64,000 bases of DNA, from positions 4,024 through 68,023 of the forward strand of contig JAISJP010000003.1 of assembly GCA_031261455.1 (NCBI GenBank). Reading direction: 5' to 3'. The DNA comes from Propionibacteriaceae bacterium. Lineage in GTDB: Bacteria; Actinomycetota; Actinomycetes; Propionibacteriales; Propionibacteriaceae. Position 1 is the stretch's first letter, and the number at the start of each line of letters is the position of its first letter. The notes under the pieces are model-generated. The model was given only the letters and a program-made list of their open reading frames with translations. It had not been told where the DNA came from and made no database searches. This document shows, one piece after another, positions 18,906 through 29,954 of this stretch. Position numbers and translations under genes: made by a program.

Positions 18906-19973
18906 TTACGCCTCGCCGACTTCCTTCACCTTGATCTCGCCGGAGGCGATCTTGGCGGAAAGGTCGGTGATCTCAGTCTTGAGCCCAGCCGGGATCTTCG
19001 CATCGAAGTCGTGGTAGTCGGAGAGCTTGACGCCCTTGTTTGCCAGCGTGCCGACGAACGGATCAGCGACCCATTTGTTCTCGTAAGCGGCCTTGATGGC
19101 CTCGTACACAGCAACATCCACAGCCTTCTCAACTGAGGTGATGATGATGGCGCCATACTCAGATGCCGTTACGTAGCCGTCGGTGTCAACCCAGATCGCG
19201 CCGACAACCTTGTCGGAGTTCTCTTGAGCGGACTGCAGCGCGCCGTTGCCGGTGCCACCAGCGACTGGGAACAGGATGTCAGCGCCTTGCGACACCTGGG
19301 TGTCGGCGATGGTCTTGCCCCCGGCGGCGTCGCCGAAGTTGTCGGCACTGGTGCCGGTCTTCGCAGCGCGATCCCAGCCGATGACCTTGACGTTGGTGCC
19401 CTTGACGGTGTTGTAGTACTCGACGCCCTGAGCGTAGCCATCCATGAAGATGGTGACGGACGGGATCTCCATGCCGGAGAAGGTGGCAACCGTACCGGTC
19501 TTGGTGAGGCCAGCAGCCAGGTAACCAGCCAGGAAGCCGGGCTCGTTGGTCTGGAAGGTCAAGCCACGCAAGTTGGCAGTGCCACCCTCAGCCGGGTCAT
19601 CCACAATCGCGAAGTACACGTCGGGGTTAGCGGCGGCAGCGGTCTTGATGGAGTCGGACAGCAGGTAGCCAGCAGCGATGACGATGGAGCAGTCAGCGTC
19701 AATCATGGACTGGATGTTGGTGGCATAGTCTGCGTCTTGCGCGGACTGGACCTTGTTGATCTCGATGCCGAAGTCGGTCTGGGCCTTCAGTACGCCGGCG
19801 TACGAGATTTGGTTGAACGACCTGTCATCAAAGCCGCCGGTGTCAGAGACGATGCACGCCTTGAACTTCGGAGCTTCGCTTGTGGTGGACGACGGGGCGT
19901 CTTCCGAACAGCCAGCTACGGACAGTGCAATCGCACCTGCGAGTGCGAGTGCCAAAAGTGGGGACTTTTTCAC
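18906..19973 (-). CDS. BMP family (PnrA-like) ABC transporter substrate-binding lipoprotein
   Basis: Lipobox LSVAGCSE. BMP-family-like sequence. Heads the importer operon. Confidence 0.9.
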   Translation of the reverse strand: MKKSPLLALALAGAIALSVAGCSEDAPSSTTSEAPKFKACIVSDTGGFDDRSFNQISYAGVLKAQTDFGIEINKVQSAQDADYATNIQSMIDADCSIVIAAGYLLSDSIKTAAAANPDVYFAIVDDPAEGGTANLRGLTFQTNEPGFLAGYLAAGLTKTGTVATFSGMEIPSVTIFMDGYAQGVEYYNTVKGTNVKVIGWDRAAKTGTSADNFGDAAGGKTIADTQVSQGADILFPVAGGTGNGALQSAQENSDKVVGAIWVDTDGYVTASEYGAIIITSVEKAVDVAVYEAIKAAYENKWVADPFVGTLANKGVKLSDYHDFDAKIPAGLKTEITDLSAKIASGEIKVKEVGEA

Positions 19974-20188
19974 TTGGTTTGCCTCCTAGGCAAGTAAACG
20001 GATCATTCGTTTCGCCAATATGGCTAGGTCTCACCCTATCGTGCAACCCGACCAAACACGATTCCGAAACTGAGTTTTCAGGGTATTCTTATTCGCTTTT
20101 CAGGATTGGGCGCGTTTGGCTAGAACCTAGGGACTAGAGATAACATCTTGCTATCCACGCAGGGCCGACTTCCCGGCCGTTGGGCCAC

Positions 20189-20737
20189 CTATGCCAGCCC
20201 TAGATCGCCCAGTCCGTAGGCGTAGCGATACGGCAACCCGGCCGCCTCAATGGCCTCCTGCGCCCCGGCGCTGCGGTCAACAACGACTGCGACGCCCACC
20301 ACAATGCCGCCCTGTTCGCGCACCGCCTCCACGGCCGTCAGCGGCGATCCACCGGTCGTTGACGTGTCCTCCACCACCAAACAGCGGCGCCCTTTAACTG
20401 AGGGACCCTCAATACGCTTCTGCAGCCCGTGCCCCTTGGCCTCCTTGCGCACCACAAACGCGTCGATGCCTTGCTTGTGCTGACTTAGCGCGGCCTGATG
20501 CACGATAGCCAACGCCACCGGATCGGCACCCATCGTCAGTCCACCAACGGCGTCAAACTCCCAGTCTGCAACGGTGTCCAACATCACCTGACCGACTAGG
20601 GGAGCCGAACGTCCGTCAAGCGTGACGGCGCGCATGTCAACGTAGTAGTTCGCCTCGCGTCCGCTTGCCAGCGTCACTTTGCCGTGCACGACGGCTAGGT
20701 CCTTGATCAACTGCAGCAGTTCTTCGCGTGCGCTCAT
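20189..20737 (-). CDS. pyrE: orotate phosphoribosyltransferase
   Basis: ORF 20189..20815, likely start ATG 20737 (MSAREELLQLIKDLAVVHGKVTLASGREANYYVD). PRPP loop CLVVEDTSTTGGS. Confidence 0.85.
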   Translation of the reverse strand: MSAREELLQLIKDLAVVHGKVTLASGREANYYVDMRAVTLDGRSAPLVGQVMLDTVADWEFDAVGGLTMGADPVALAIVHQAALSQHKQGIDAFVVRKEAKGHGLQKRIEGPSVKGRRCLVVEDTSTTGGSPLTAVEAVREQGGIVVGVAVVVDRSAGAQEAIEAAGLPYRYAYGLGDLGLA

Positions 20738-20869
20738 GGGCACGAGTATAGTGTCGGCTCTTTGGCAGTCTGTGGTGTGGTGGTGGAAATTGGAGAGATG
20801 TTCTGCTTGTCGCAAAGTCCTCGGACAGCCTCGCTTGGAGGTTGCGCTTGGCGCGCTAGGGTTGCTGAT

Positions 20870-21421
20870 ATGGATTCTTCCGATGTCGCCCCTGACCTCA
20901 CTGAAATACTCGTTACCCAGGAGCAGATTGCTGCCCGCACGCTGGAGTTGGCCGCTCAGATCGACACCGACTATGCCGGACGCGAGCCACTGCTGGTCGG
21001 CGTGCTAAATGGGGCCGTGATGGTGATGAGCGACCTGTCTCGCGCGCTGCACATGCACGTGCGCATGGACTGGATGGCGGTCTCCAGTTACGGTGCTGGC
21101 ACCAAGAGTTCCGGCGTGGTGCGCATCCTGAAAGACCTGACCAGCGACGTCCACGAGCGCGACGTGCTGATCGTCGAGGACATCATCGACACCGGCCTCA
21201 CGCTGTCGTACCTGATCGAGAATCTGAAGGGCCGTGGCGCCGCGAGCGTGGAAGTGGCAGCCATGTTCCGCAAGCCGGACGCGCTCGCCGTGCCCCTTGA
21301 GGTCAAGTATGTCGGTTTCGACATCCCCAACCAGTTTGTGGTGGGTTACGGTCTGGACTTCGACGGTCGCTACCGCAACTTAAGAGACGTCGGCATTCTC
21401 GCCCCGCACGTCTACTCGTAA
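20870..21421 (+). CDS. hpt: hypoxanthine phosphoribosyltransferase
   Basis: ORF 20762..21421, likely start ATG 20870 (MDSSDVAPDL). PRPP motif VLIVEDIIDTGLTLSYL. Confidence 0.9.
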   Translation: MDSSDVAPDLTEILVTQEQIAARTLELAAQIDTDYAGREPLLVGVLNGAVMVMSDLSRALHMHVRMDWMAVSSYGAGTKSSGVVRILKDLTSDVHERDVLIVEDIIDTGLTLSYLIENLKGRGAASVEVAAMFRKPDALAVPLEVKYVGFDIPNQFVVGYGLDFDGRYRNLRDVGILAPHVYS

Positions 21422-21539
21422 ACAAGCTGCAACTCACCACCCAACGCAAGTCCGAGTTGCACAGACTGCCACGTACCTATGGACCGTGGTGTTGCAAACA
21501 TGCCCAACCAGCACCGGAATAGACGCGTCCGTGGTAAAG

Positions 21540-21558
21540 TTGAGTTAAGTACACTCAA
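21540..21558 (+). promoter_or_regulatory. HAIR-like inverted repeat (HspR operator candidate) upstream of clpB
   Basis: TTGAGT-taagtac-ACTCAA, 20 nt before the clpB ATG. Matches the core of the CTTGAGT-N7-ACTCAAG consensus. Confidence 0.6.
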
Positions 21559-21578
21559 CTTTATTTGCGAGGTGCGAT

Positions 21579-24152
21579 ATGGACGTAGAAAAGCTCACAA
21601 CGCTGTCGCGTGAGGCGGTGTCGACGGCTATCCGGTTGGCGCTCACCAACGGCAATCCGAATGCGGAGACGGTGCACTTGTTGCACGCCCTGCTGCTGAC
21701 CCCCGAGAACACCGTGTCGGCGCTGCTGGCCGAGGTCGGCGTGGACGCCAGCGTGGTCAACACTAAGGCGCTGGCGGCGATCAAGAAGCTGCCGAGTTCC
21801 TCCGGGTCGTCGGTGTCACAGCCGCAGTTGTCGGGGGCGTTGGCGCGTGTGCTGGCCGACGCGCAGACCCGCGCCGAGGCGCTTGGCGACGAGTATGTGG
21901 CAACCGAGCATCTGCTGATTGCGTTGGCGGGGGTGCCGTCCGATGCGTCCAAGATTCTGATCGGCGAAGGTGCGGACGCGGACGAGCTGACTGAGGTTTT
22001 CAACGACAACCGTGGCGAGCGGCGCGTCACGTCGCAGGAGGCGGAGGGCGGCGAGTCCGCACTAGACAAGTACTCGGTGGACCTGACCGCGCGCGCCCGG
22101 GACGGCAAACTTGACCCAGTGATTGGTCGCGATGTCGAGATTCGGCGCATCGTGCAGGTGCTCAGCCGTCGCACCAAGAACAACCCGGTGCTGATCGGCG
22201 AGCCAGGCGTGGGCAAGACTGCGGTCGTCGAAGGGCTGGCGCAGCGTGTGATCGCGGGAGACGTACCGGACTCGCTGAAGGGGCGACGAGTCGTCAGTCT
22301 TGACTTGGCGTCGATGGTTGCCGGGGCCAAGTATCGCGGCGAGTTTGAGGAGCGACTCAAGGCTGTGCTCACCGAGATCAAGGACGCCGAAGGTCAGGTG
22401 ATCACGTTCATCGACGAACTGCACACCGTGGTGGGCGCGGGGGCCAGTGAGGGCGCGATGGATGCGTCCAACATGTTGAAGCCGATGTTGGCGCGTGGCG
22501 AACTGCGCATGATCGGTGCCACCACACTGGACGAGTACCGCGAGCACATCGAGAAGGACCCGGCGCTGGAGCGGCGCTTCCAGCAGGTCTATGTTGGCGA
22601 GCCGTCTGTGGCGGACACCGTGGCGATTCTGCGCGGACTGCGGGAGCGTTACGAAGCGCATCACAAGGTGCGCATCACCGACCAAGCTTTGGTGGCGGCG
22701 GCACAACTGTCCCACCGCTACATCACCAGCAGACAGCTTCCTGACAAGGCCATTGACCTGATCGATGAGGCCGCGAGTCGGTTGCGAATGGAGATTGACT
22801 CGTCCCCCGAGGCGATTGACACCCTGCGCCGCAGCGTTGACCGGCTGACGATGGAGCAGTTCGCGCTCGACAAGGAGGACGACCCGGCGAGCAAGGCGCG
22901 GTTGGCGGCGTTGAACGAGGAGCTAGCAAACACGCAGGAGCAGTTGCGCGTGCTGGAGGCGCAGTGGGCCGCCGAGAAGAGCCAACTCAACCGCGTGGGC
23001 GAGCTGAAAGGCGAGATCGACGCCCTGCGAACCCAAGCTGACAAGCTGCAACGCGACGGCGATTTCGCCCATGCATCCGAGATTATCTACGGTCAGATCC
23101 CGGCGCTCGAAGCCGACTTGGCCACCGCTGCCGCCGCCGAGGCAAACAAGACAGGCGAATCGATGGTCTCCGAGGAGGTCACCACGCAGGACATCGCCGA
23201 GGTGGTGAGCGCCTGGACCGGCATCCCCGTCGGCAAGATGCTGGAGGGCGAGTCCGAGAAGTTGCTGCACATGGAGCAGCGTCTTGGCGAGCGTCTGATC
23301 GGCCAAACCAAAGCGGTCACGGCGGTTGCTGACGCGGTTCGCCGCAGTCGGGCAGGCATCTCCGACCCGAACCGTCCCACCGGCTCGTTCCTGTTCCTCG
23401 GCCCCACCGGCGTCGGCAAAACCGAGTTGGCCAAGGCACTGGCCGCGTTCCTGTTTGACGACGAGTCCGCGATGGTGCGCATCGACATGAGCGAATACAT
23501 GGAGAAGCACGCGGTATCGCGCCTCGTGGGAGCGCCCCCTGGCTACGTCGGATACGAAGAGGGCGGCCAGTTGACCGAGGCGGTGCGCCGTCGTCCCTAC
23601 TCCGTGGTGCTGCTAGACGAGGTCGAGAAGGCGCACCCTGACGTGTTCAACATCCTGCTGCAGGTGCTGGACGACGGTCGCCTCACCGACGGTCAGGGCC
23701 GCACCGTCGACTTCCGCAACGTCATCCTCATCATGACCAGCAACCTCGGCTCACAGTTCCTAGCCGACCCGCTGCTAGGCGACCACGAGAAGCGCGAACA
23801 GGTGATGGCAGTAGTCAAACAGGCATTCCGTCCCGAGTTCCTCAACCGCCTAGACGAGATCGTGCTGTTCGACACCCTCAGCAAGGACGACCTGACCCAC
23901 ATCGTGGACATCTCCCTGGCCCGCCTCAACAAGCGCCTGTCCGAACGTCGCATCACGCTGAACGTCACCCCCGAAGCCCGCGCCTGGCTAGCCGACACCG
24001 GCTACGACCCCGTCTACGGTGCCCGCCCCCTGCGTCGCCTAGTCCAAAGCACCATCGAGGACCAGTTGGCTCGTCAACTCCTAACCGGCCAAGTGACAGA
24101 CGGCTCCACGGTCACCTTCGACCGCACCTCCGACGGCATCGGCATCCAGTAG
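21579..24152 (+). CDS. clpB: ATP-dependent chaperone ClpB
   Basis: 857 aa. Two AAA modules ([17 protein letters not shown]), coiled-coil middle domain. Confidence 0.95.
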   Translation: MDVEKLTTLSREAVSTAIRLALTNGNPNAETVHLLHALLLTPENTVSALLAEVGVDASVVNTKALAAIKKLPSSSGSSVSQPQLSGALARVLADAQTRAEALGDEYVATEHLLIALAGVPSDASKILIGEGADADELTEVFNDNRGERRVTSQEAEGGESALDKYSVDLTARARDGKLDPVIGRDVEIRRIVQVLSRRTKNNPVLIGEPGVGKTAVVEGLAQRVIAGDVPDSLKGRRVVSLDLASMVAGAKYRGEFEERLKAVLTEIKDAEGQVITFIDELHTVVGAGASEGAMDASNMLKPMLARGELRMIGATTLDEYREHIEKDPALERRFQQVYVGEPSVADTVAILRGLRERYEAHHKVRITDQALVAAAQLSHRYITSRQLPDKAIDLIDEAASRLRMEIDSSPEAIDTLRRSVDRLTMEQFALDKEDDPASKARLAALNEELANTQEQLRVLEAQWAAEKSQLNRVGELKGEIDALRTQADKLQRDGDFAHASEIIYGQIPALEADLATAAAAEANKTGESMVSEEVTTQDIAEVVSAWTGIPVGKMLEGESEKLLHMEQRLGERLIGQTKAVTAVADAVRRSRAGISDPNRPTGSFLFLGPTGVGKTELAKALAAFLFDDESAMVRIDMSEYMEKHAVSRLVGAPPGYVGYEEGGQLTEAVRRRPYSVVLLDEVEKAHPDVFNILLQVLDDGRLTDGQGRTVDFRNVILIMTSNLGSQFLADPLLGDHEKREQVMAVVKQAFRPEFLNRLDEIVLFDTLSKDDLTHIVDISLARLNKRLSERRITLNVTPEARAWLADTGYDPVYGARPLRRLVQSTIEDQLARQLLTGQVTDGSTVTFDRTSDGIGIQ

Positions 24153-24339
24153 CCTAGCGTCCATCCGCCCCTGAGTATCGCTGCTGCGTCGCTCTTAGTA
24201 GCGCTTCTGCCATAACGACGATGGAGCAGGGACGCTGCGTACATCTACCCTCCGTCATGCTGCGCGCAGAGTGACGAGGAAGACTATCCCAGCGCCGAGA
24301 GCGCGCCTTGTATATGTCTGCATATGCACTGTCCGCTGA

Positions 24340-25368
24340 TTAGCGCTGGGATAGTCGCAGCTCGCCAGCGGCGCGGGAGACGCATGTGCCGGGGAGGTTG
24401 ACGCCTGATTGGCCGTGCCAGTCTGCGACTAGGGCGTAGACGGATGCTGTGTGGGCGAAACCTAGTTCGACTACACCGTTGGCGTTGAGCCAGTCGCGGA
24501 TTAGGCGGGTGGCTAGGGGACGCGGGAGGTTGGCGACCTGGGCAACCGGGAGTGGGCCAGGTGACGCTACAGGGACCAGTGAGTCGAGGAAGTCGGCGTC
24601 CTCCTGCGCTAGGTGGGCGGTTCTGGCTAGTGCATCGACCACGCCGGGGCCAAGCACGTCGTCCAGCGCAGGGATGATCTCGTGACGCACGCGCACGCGC
24701 AGGAACCTTGGATCGGCGTTCATCGGGTCTTGCCATGGGGTGAGATCCCAATCTACGCATGCCTGCGCGGTAGTGGCACGGCGCAGGGCCAACAGCGGAC
24801 GGGCGAACGGTATGCCCGCCACCGTGAATCGCGCGGGCATACCGGCGAGAGAACGCGTGCCGGAGCCGCGCGCCAAACCCATCAGGACCGTTTCGGCCTG
24901 ATCGTCCATGGTGTGCCCGACAAGCACCAACGCCGGGGCAACGGTCCCAAATTCGTCAGCGGCCTCTGAGGTGGAGGCGCTTACGACAGCCGAGGGAGAG
25001 TGCGCCGTCGCCAAAGCGGTGTACCGCGCGTCCCTGGCGGCGGCTTCAACACCGACACCGGATTCAGTGACATGCACCTTCACCACAGTGGCGCTTAGAC
25101 CAAAGTTCTGGACGGCGGCGGCGGCGGCCTCAGCGATGTCAGCTGAACCGGGCTGCAGGTCGTGGTCAACAACTACCGCCTCACTGGTGCGCAAGGGGTC
25201 GGGTTCGTGAGCGTCCAACCACGCCAGTCCGGCTGCCAACGACAGTGAGTCGGCTCCACCGGAGAGGGCGATGCGCACCACATGGCGGGTGGCGCTATCG
25301 GAAGGCAAGCAAGCCCTGACCGCCGCGACGACGGCTAGACACTCCGCGCTCAGTCCCCTCTTGGCCAC
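24340..25368 (-). CDS. tilS: tRNA lysidine(34) synthetase
   Basis: PP-loop ALSGGADSLSLA. ORF 24340..25443, likely GTG start 25368 with GGAG upstream. Confidence 0.85.
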   Translation of the reverse strand: MAKRGLSAECLAVVAAVRACLPSDSATRHVVRIALSGGADSLSLAAGLAWLDAHEPDPLRTSEAVVVDHDLQPGSADIAEAAAAAVQNFGLSATVVKVHVTESGVGVEAAARDARYTALATAHSPSAVVSASTSEAADEFGTVAPALVLVGHTMDDQAETVLMGLARGSGTRSLAGMPARFTVAGIPFARPLLALRRATTAQACVDWDLTPWQDPMNADPRFLRVRVRHEIIPALDDVLGPGVVDALARTAHLAQEDADFLDSLVPVASPGPLPVAQVANLPRPLATRLIRDWLNANGVVELGFAHTASVYALVADWHGQSGVNLPGTCVSRAAGELRLSQR

Positions 25369-25384
25369 TTCTCTTACTCCGAAC

Positions 25385-26437
25385 TCACTCCGCGCCGAGA
25401 ACGTCACCCAGCAGCGGAGGAGCGACGCGCTCAATCCAGGCATCGGGGTTGCGGAGTTCGTCGATGCTGGGCAGGGTGGCCGGGCCCTCGAAGGCTAGGT
25501 TGAGCACGTCGATTCCTCGGGCGTCGATGACGGCGCGACAGAAGACGGCACCGTCCTTGTACTGCGCCATCTTGGCGTCCATGCCCATGAGTTTGGTGAC
25601 GGTGGCGCTCCAGCCGCCCTTCGCGCGGCGTTTGGTGAACTTGGCGCGGATGTTGGCAAGATCGGGGATCACCGTGGGGCCCACAGCGTCCATCATCACG
25701 TCGGCGTGGCCTTCGAGCAGGCTCATTACTGCTGTGGCTTGCTGTAATGCCTCGGCTACCTCGGGAGGAGCCTTTTCTATGAAACGATCCATACTGGTCT
25801 TGCCGTCGTTGGCTTTGCGAACCAACGCACCCAGTTGCTCCCACAGCTCCGACAGCGATCCTTGTTCGTCTATCTCGGATGCGGCGGCTCGTGACACCAT
25901 GTCGGTCAGATACGCGGGCAGCCACGAGGCGCGGCCGAACTGGGCCTGGTGAGTCTGCTCATGGAGACAGACCCAAAGTCTGAACTGAGACGGATCGACA
26001 CCCAAATCATGCTCGCACTTCATTATGTTAGGCACCACCAAGTAGAGCGCAGGTCGCGCCCCAAACGGGATAAATTGGCCCAGCACGCGCCCCGTGATTG
26101 CGGCAAGCGCAACGCCCGTGGCAACGCCCGACGCCTTGGCAGACAGCGCACCCAGCGCCCCGCCGAGCACCTCGTCCACCCCGGATTCCGCGAACATGTA
26201 ACGCAAGTTGTCGATGTTGGCGTCCACAATTGAGGGGCGATCCACCGCCCAAACCCGCGCGTGCGCCGCCACCGGCAGGTGCGACTCCCCCGCCACTAGG
26301 TCAATCGCCTGTTCGGCACAGGCATGAAGCTCAGCGACAGCCTGTCGAATCTCAACTTGGCTCGCCTTCCCGCCGGGACGAGTCGCCCGCCTCGCCGCGT
26401 TGCGTACCACGTCCCAGTCGATCCACGAGTCACTCAT
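25385..26437 (-). CDS. zinc-dependent metalloprotease (actinobacterial DUF2342-type hydrolase)
   Basis: HEQTH metal motif. Conserved actinobacterial position upstream of tilS. Confidence 0.7.
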   Translation of the reverse strand: MSDSWIDWDVVRNAARRATRPGGKASQVEIRQAVAELHACAEQAIDLVAGESHLPVAAHARVWAVDRPSIVDANIDNLRYMFAESGVDEVLGGALGALSAKASGVATGVALAAITGRVLGQFIPFGARPALYLVVPNIMKCEHDLGVDPSQFRLWVCLHEQTHQAQFGRASWLPAYLTDMVSRAAASEIDEQGSLSELWEQLGALVRKANDGKTSMDRFIEKAPPEVAEALQQATAVMSLLEGHADVMMDAVGPTVIPDLANIRAKFTKRRAKGGWSATVTKLMGMDAKMAQYKDGAVFCRAVIDARGIDVLNLAFEGPATLPSIDELRNPDAWIERVAPPLLGDVLGAE

Positions 26438-26531
26438 AGCTTTAAGTATCGTCTATCTTTAGGCCACGGTGCGCGCGTGACGTGCTGTCAGAGGCCCGGC
26501 TCTCATGAAGCGAGCGCATCAAGCGAAAGGA

Positions 26532-27950
26532 CTAGGTGTCGCATTGCGGCAGGACTCCGACAACAACGTCGAGGGCATAGGCGGTGTCATCGTGCGACGC
26601 CAACGAATGGTTGATGATGAAGGAGAACGCCAAGACCCTGCCCGTCCAGTCCACCGCGTAGCCGCTCAGCGCGGATACTTCGCCGGTGGAGTCGCCGTGA
26701 GTTCCCGACTTGGCGCGCAGTCGTCCGGCAACATCAGGGGCGTCAACGAAGTGCGAGGTCAGCGTGCCTTCGTCCGCCGACGGCAGCGAACGGAGCACCT
26801 GATGGAGTTCCGGACGTCCGGATGTCACGGCCCAGTGGATGGTGGCAGCAAAGACTTCTGGGCTGACCTTGCTCTCGCTCACCATGCCAGAGGAGTCAAG
26901 AATCAACGTGCCCTCACGCCACAGGCCGTGTCTAGTCAACCAAGCAGTGAGAGTCTCGTTGACTCCGGCGATGGTCGGTGGGTTACCGAACGCCAACGCC
27001 AAGTGGCGGCCCAGCAGTTCGGCATATGAGTTGTCTGAGTACTGCAGCATGACGCGCACGATTTCGCGCAGAGGCAACGACTGCATGCTGGCCAGACGTT
27101 GGGCCTCGGTGGATGCAGTCACGGGCTGATAGGTGTGTGGCACCGTGATGCCAGCGTCACGCAGGTACTCCGCAAAGACAGCAGTGGCCTCCTCCGCATC
27201 ATACCTTGACGAATATGAGTAGGAACCGCGGTATAGCTGCTTGTCAACCCACAATGAGGACGGCGGCAGCACCATATCCGACCACCCCGGAACCAAAAAC
27301 CAGAGCGGGTTTGGTTCGGCGGGCCCCAAGAGCGACTCGTCCCAGTTGAGCGTCACACTGGTAACATCTCGTTCCCACAACTCAGCCGCCGTGGCCTCGG
27401 CCAAGGACCGCAAGCTGCCCGGTTGCGTCAGTCCGTACAGCCGAGTGTCAGGCTCGCTGACCAGCATGGGATCGCCCCCACCGACCAGGGTCACGGTCCC
27501 GTCCGGGTTGAGGACTGCGCGCGTGCTGAACGTGGCATCAACACCCAGTGCCGACACCACAGCCAATGCCGTGAGCAGCTTCATGTTGGACGCGGGTGTC
27601 ATGTCCTGATCGGCATCCTGCTGCCAGATGACCTCACCGCTCAGCGCGTCAACAACCTGTCCTACCAGTTGACCTGGCGCGTTGGCCGCAGCGAGGCTCA
27701 GCCTGGCTGCCAGCTCAGCATCGGTTTGGGACAACAATTCAGTGCCAACACGAGACTCGGGCACCACGCAAGTGCGCAGTTTGGCGTCGAAACTGTCATC
27801 GACAAGCACAGGCGGCGGAGTTGGGCTTGAGGTTGTGGTCGCTGTTGGCGACGGAGTCTGAGCGGTCTCAAGGCTTGGCGACGGAGTGCAACCAGTGAAC
27901 AGACCCACTGCCAGAACCCAGACAACAGCGCAGACCCATCGCCAAGGCAT
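26532..27950 (-). CDS. dacB: D-alanyl-D-alanine carboxypeptidase/endopeptidase (PBP4 family), probable lipoprotein
   Basis: ORF 26532..28079, likely start ATG 27950 (MPWRWVCAVVWVLAVGLFTGC lipobox). SxxK as PASNMK. Confidence 0.8.
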   Translation of the reverse strand: MPWRWVCAVVWVLAVGLFTGCTPSPSLETAQTPSPTATTTSSPTPPPVLVDDSFDAKLRTCVVPESRVGTELLSQTDAELAARLSLAAANAPGQLVGQVVDALSGEVIWQQDADQDMTPASNMKLLTALAVVSALGVDATFSTRAVLNPDGTVTLVGGGDPMLVSEPDTRLYGLTQPGSLRSLAEATAAELWERDVTSVTLNWDESLLGPAEPNPLWFLVPGWSDMVLPPSSLWVDKQLYRGSYSYSSRYDAEEATAVFAEYLRDAGITVPHTYQPVTASTEAQRLASMQSLPLREIVRVMLQYSDNSYAELLGRHLALAFGNPPTIAGVNETLTAWLTRHGLWREGTLILDSSGMVSESKVSPEVFAATIHWAVTSGRPELHQVLRSLPSADEGTLTSHFVDAPDVAGRLRAKSGTHGDSTGEVSALSGYAVDWTGRVLAFSFIINHSLASHDDTAYALDVVVGVLPQCDT

Positions 27951-28209
27951 ACGGGCGACTGCAACAACAGTGCGGGCTCCCCGGCCCCATCTCGCTTCCC
28001 GGTCACATCTCGCTCGGCGCGAAACGGTGCCGCCAGCCTCGGTCAATCGCAGACTGGGAGTGCGCGTCGTCGTCCCCATTTGTCCATCTTCTCATCAGTG
28101 TGAGAGTATCGTCATTTCTGTGTGAACTGGTTTGGCCTCAGCACATGACGTCAAATCACAGCCCACACGAACTTAATCAAGTCTCTCCGAACAAAGGAAA
28201 CCAAGTCAA

Positions 28210-28770
28210 GTGAGCGAAGACTTCAGGGCCGCAACCGTCGCCCCGGTCAGCAACATCGAGTTCGACGTGACCATCGAGATCCCTCGTGGGGTCAAAAACA
28301 AGTACGAGATGGACCACGCGACGGGACGCATCGTGCTGGACCGCCCGCTGTTTACGTCCACCCAATACCCTTATGACTACGGGTTTGTCGAGGGAACACT
28401 TGGTGACGACGGTGATCCGTTGGACGCAATGGTCATCCTAACTGAGCCGACTTTCCCTGGCTGCATGATCCACTGCCGCGCCATTGCCATGTTCCAGATG
28501 ACCGACGAGGCGGGCGGCGACGCCAAGGTGCTGTGCGTGCCCACGTCCGACCGTCGTCGCGACTATCTCGACGACATCGACGACATCGCGCCGTATGTGC
28601 TGTTGGAGATCGAGCACTTCTTCACCGTCTACAAGGACTTGGAGCCGGGCAAGAGCGTCGAGGGTTCCAGTTGGGTGGGCCGCACGGCTGCCGAAGAGGA
28701 GATTCGCGTCAGCTTCGAGCGCGCCAAGGGCACCGACTACGAGCAGCCCAGTCACTTCCAGCATCACTAG
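28210..28770 (+). CDS. ppa: inorganic pyrophosphatase
   Basis: EIPRGVKNKYEMD, YPYDYGFV and DGDPLDAMV motifs. GTG start. Confidence 0.9.
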   Translation: MSEDFRAATVAPVSNIEFDVTIEIPRGVKNKYEMDHATGRIVLDRPLFTSTQYPYDYGFVEGTLGDDGDPLDAMVILTEPTFPGCMIHCRAIAMFQMTDEAGGDAKVLCVPTSDRRRDYLDDIDDIAPYVLLEIEHFFTVYKDLEPGKSVEGSSWVGRTAAEEEIRVSFERAKGTDYEQPSHFQHH

Positions 28771-28889
28771 GCGTTAGCCCGACCATCTAGCGCTCTGCGT
28801 TTGCGAGTTGCTGGGACCATATTGTTTGCAGTGACCCGTGCGCTTGTGCCGACACGTCAGGCATCCCGGAGAGGACGAGGACAGAGCCA

Positions 28890-29888
28890 ATGGGCGAGTA
28901 TCTACTGCTGCTGAAGGACTCCGCAAACCGGGTTTATGCTGCCGCGGCGGCTGAGCTGTCGGTTGCCGAGGCGCGTTTGACGACGCCCTTTGAGGTTTCC
29001 GGTGTCGTATCGGTGGCTGGGACAGCGTATGTAGCGTTACAAGGCGAGTTGGATGACGGTGGGCTGGCGTCGCTGGCCCAGCTGAGCGCGGCCCGTGCGC
29101 TGTTCGAGCAGGTGGGCGATGGCCTGTTGCGACCCGTCGAACTGCCGTCCCCTTTTGTGCTGGACGAAGATCTGGTGACCATCCCGAAGTACGCCGGCAA
29201 GACAAACGAACTGTTCACCCGCTTGTTGCTGCACCTGACCACGTCCCAAGTCTGGCGAGAATCGCCCTCTGACAAGGTGCAACTCAACATTCTGGACCCG
29301 CTGGCCGGACGTGGGACCACCTTGCTGACCGCCTGGCTCACCGGCAACAGCGCCTGCGGCGTGGAGTCGGACGTCAAGTCCTTCGAAGCTCTAGCGTCGT
29401 ATATGAGCACGTACCTGCGCACCAAGCGACTCAAGCACGCTTGCGACGTGACACCGGTGCGTCGGGACGGCAAGACGCTCGGCAAGCGACTCGATGTCAC
29501 GTTGAAGGACGCCTTGCCGCTCACCATGACCGTCTTTACCGGTGATACTCGGGATTCGGCGGCGCTGTTCGGCAAGAAGGCGCGTTTTGACGCTGTGGTC
29601 ACCGACGCACCCTATGGGGTGGCACACGGGGCGCAGTCTGGCGGTGGGCGATCCCGCTCTCCCGAGGCGCTGCTGAGCGACGCAATACCCGTTTGGGCTT
29701 CTCAACTGCGCATTGGCGGCGCGATGGGCATCGCTTTCAACACCTACACCCTGCCCCGCGACGTCCTAACCGACATCATGAACGACGCCGGACTAGCCGT
29801 CTGCGAAGGTGGTGCCTGGGAGTGCCTGTCGCACCGGGTGGACGCCGCCATCGTCCGTGACATCGTCGTCGCCACTCGCGTGCGCTAG
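28890..29888 (+). CDS. SAM-dependent methyltransferase (TRM11/UPF0020-like, DAPYG motif IV)
   Basis: Motif I ILDPLAGRGTTL, motif IV VVTDAPYGVAHG. Confidence 0.6.
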   Translation: MGEYLLLLKDSANRVYAAAAAELSVAEARLTTPFEVSGVVSVAGTAYVALQGELDDGGLASLAQLSAARALFEQVGDGLLRPVELPSPFVLDEDLVTIPKYAGKTNELFTRLLLHLTTSQVWRESPSDKVQLNILDPLAGRGTTLLTAWLTGNSACGVESDVKSFEALASYMSTYLRTKRLKHACDVTPVRRDGKTLGKRLDVTLKDALPLTMTVFTGDTRDSAALFGKKARFDAVVTDAPYGVAHGAQSGGGRSRSPEALLSDAIPVWASQLRIGGAMGIAFNTYTLPRDVLTDIMNDAGLAVCEGGAWECLSHRVDAAIVRDIVVATRVR

Positions 29889-29954
29889 TCGCTCTGGTGT
29901 CTTCCGCGACTACGCACTGGTCACGGTAGAATGAGACGCAGGAGAGGAGACTAA

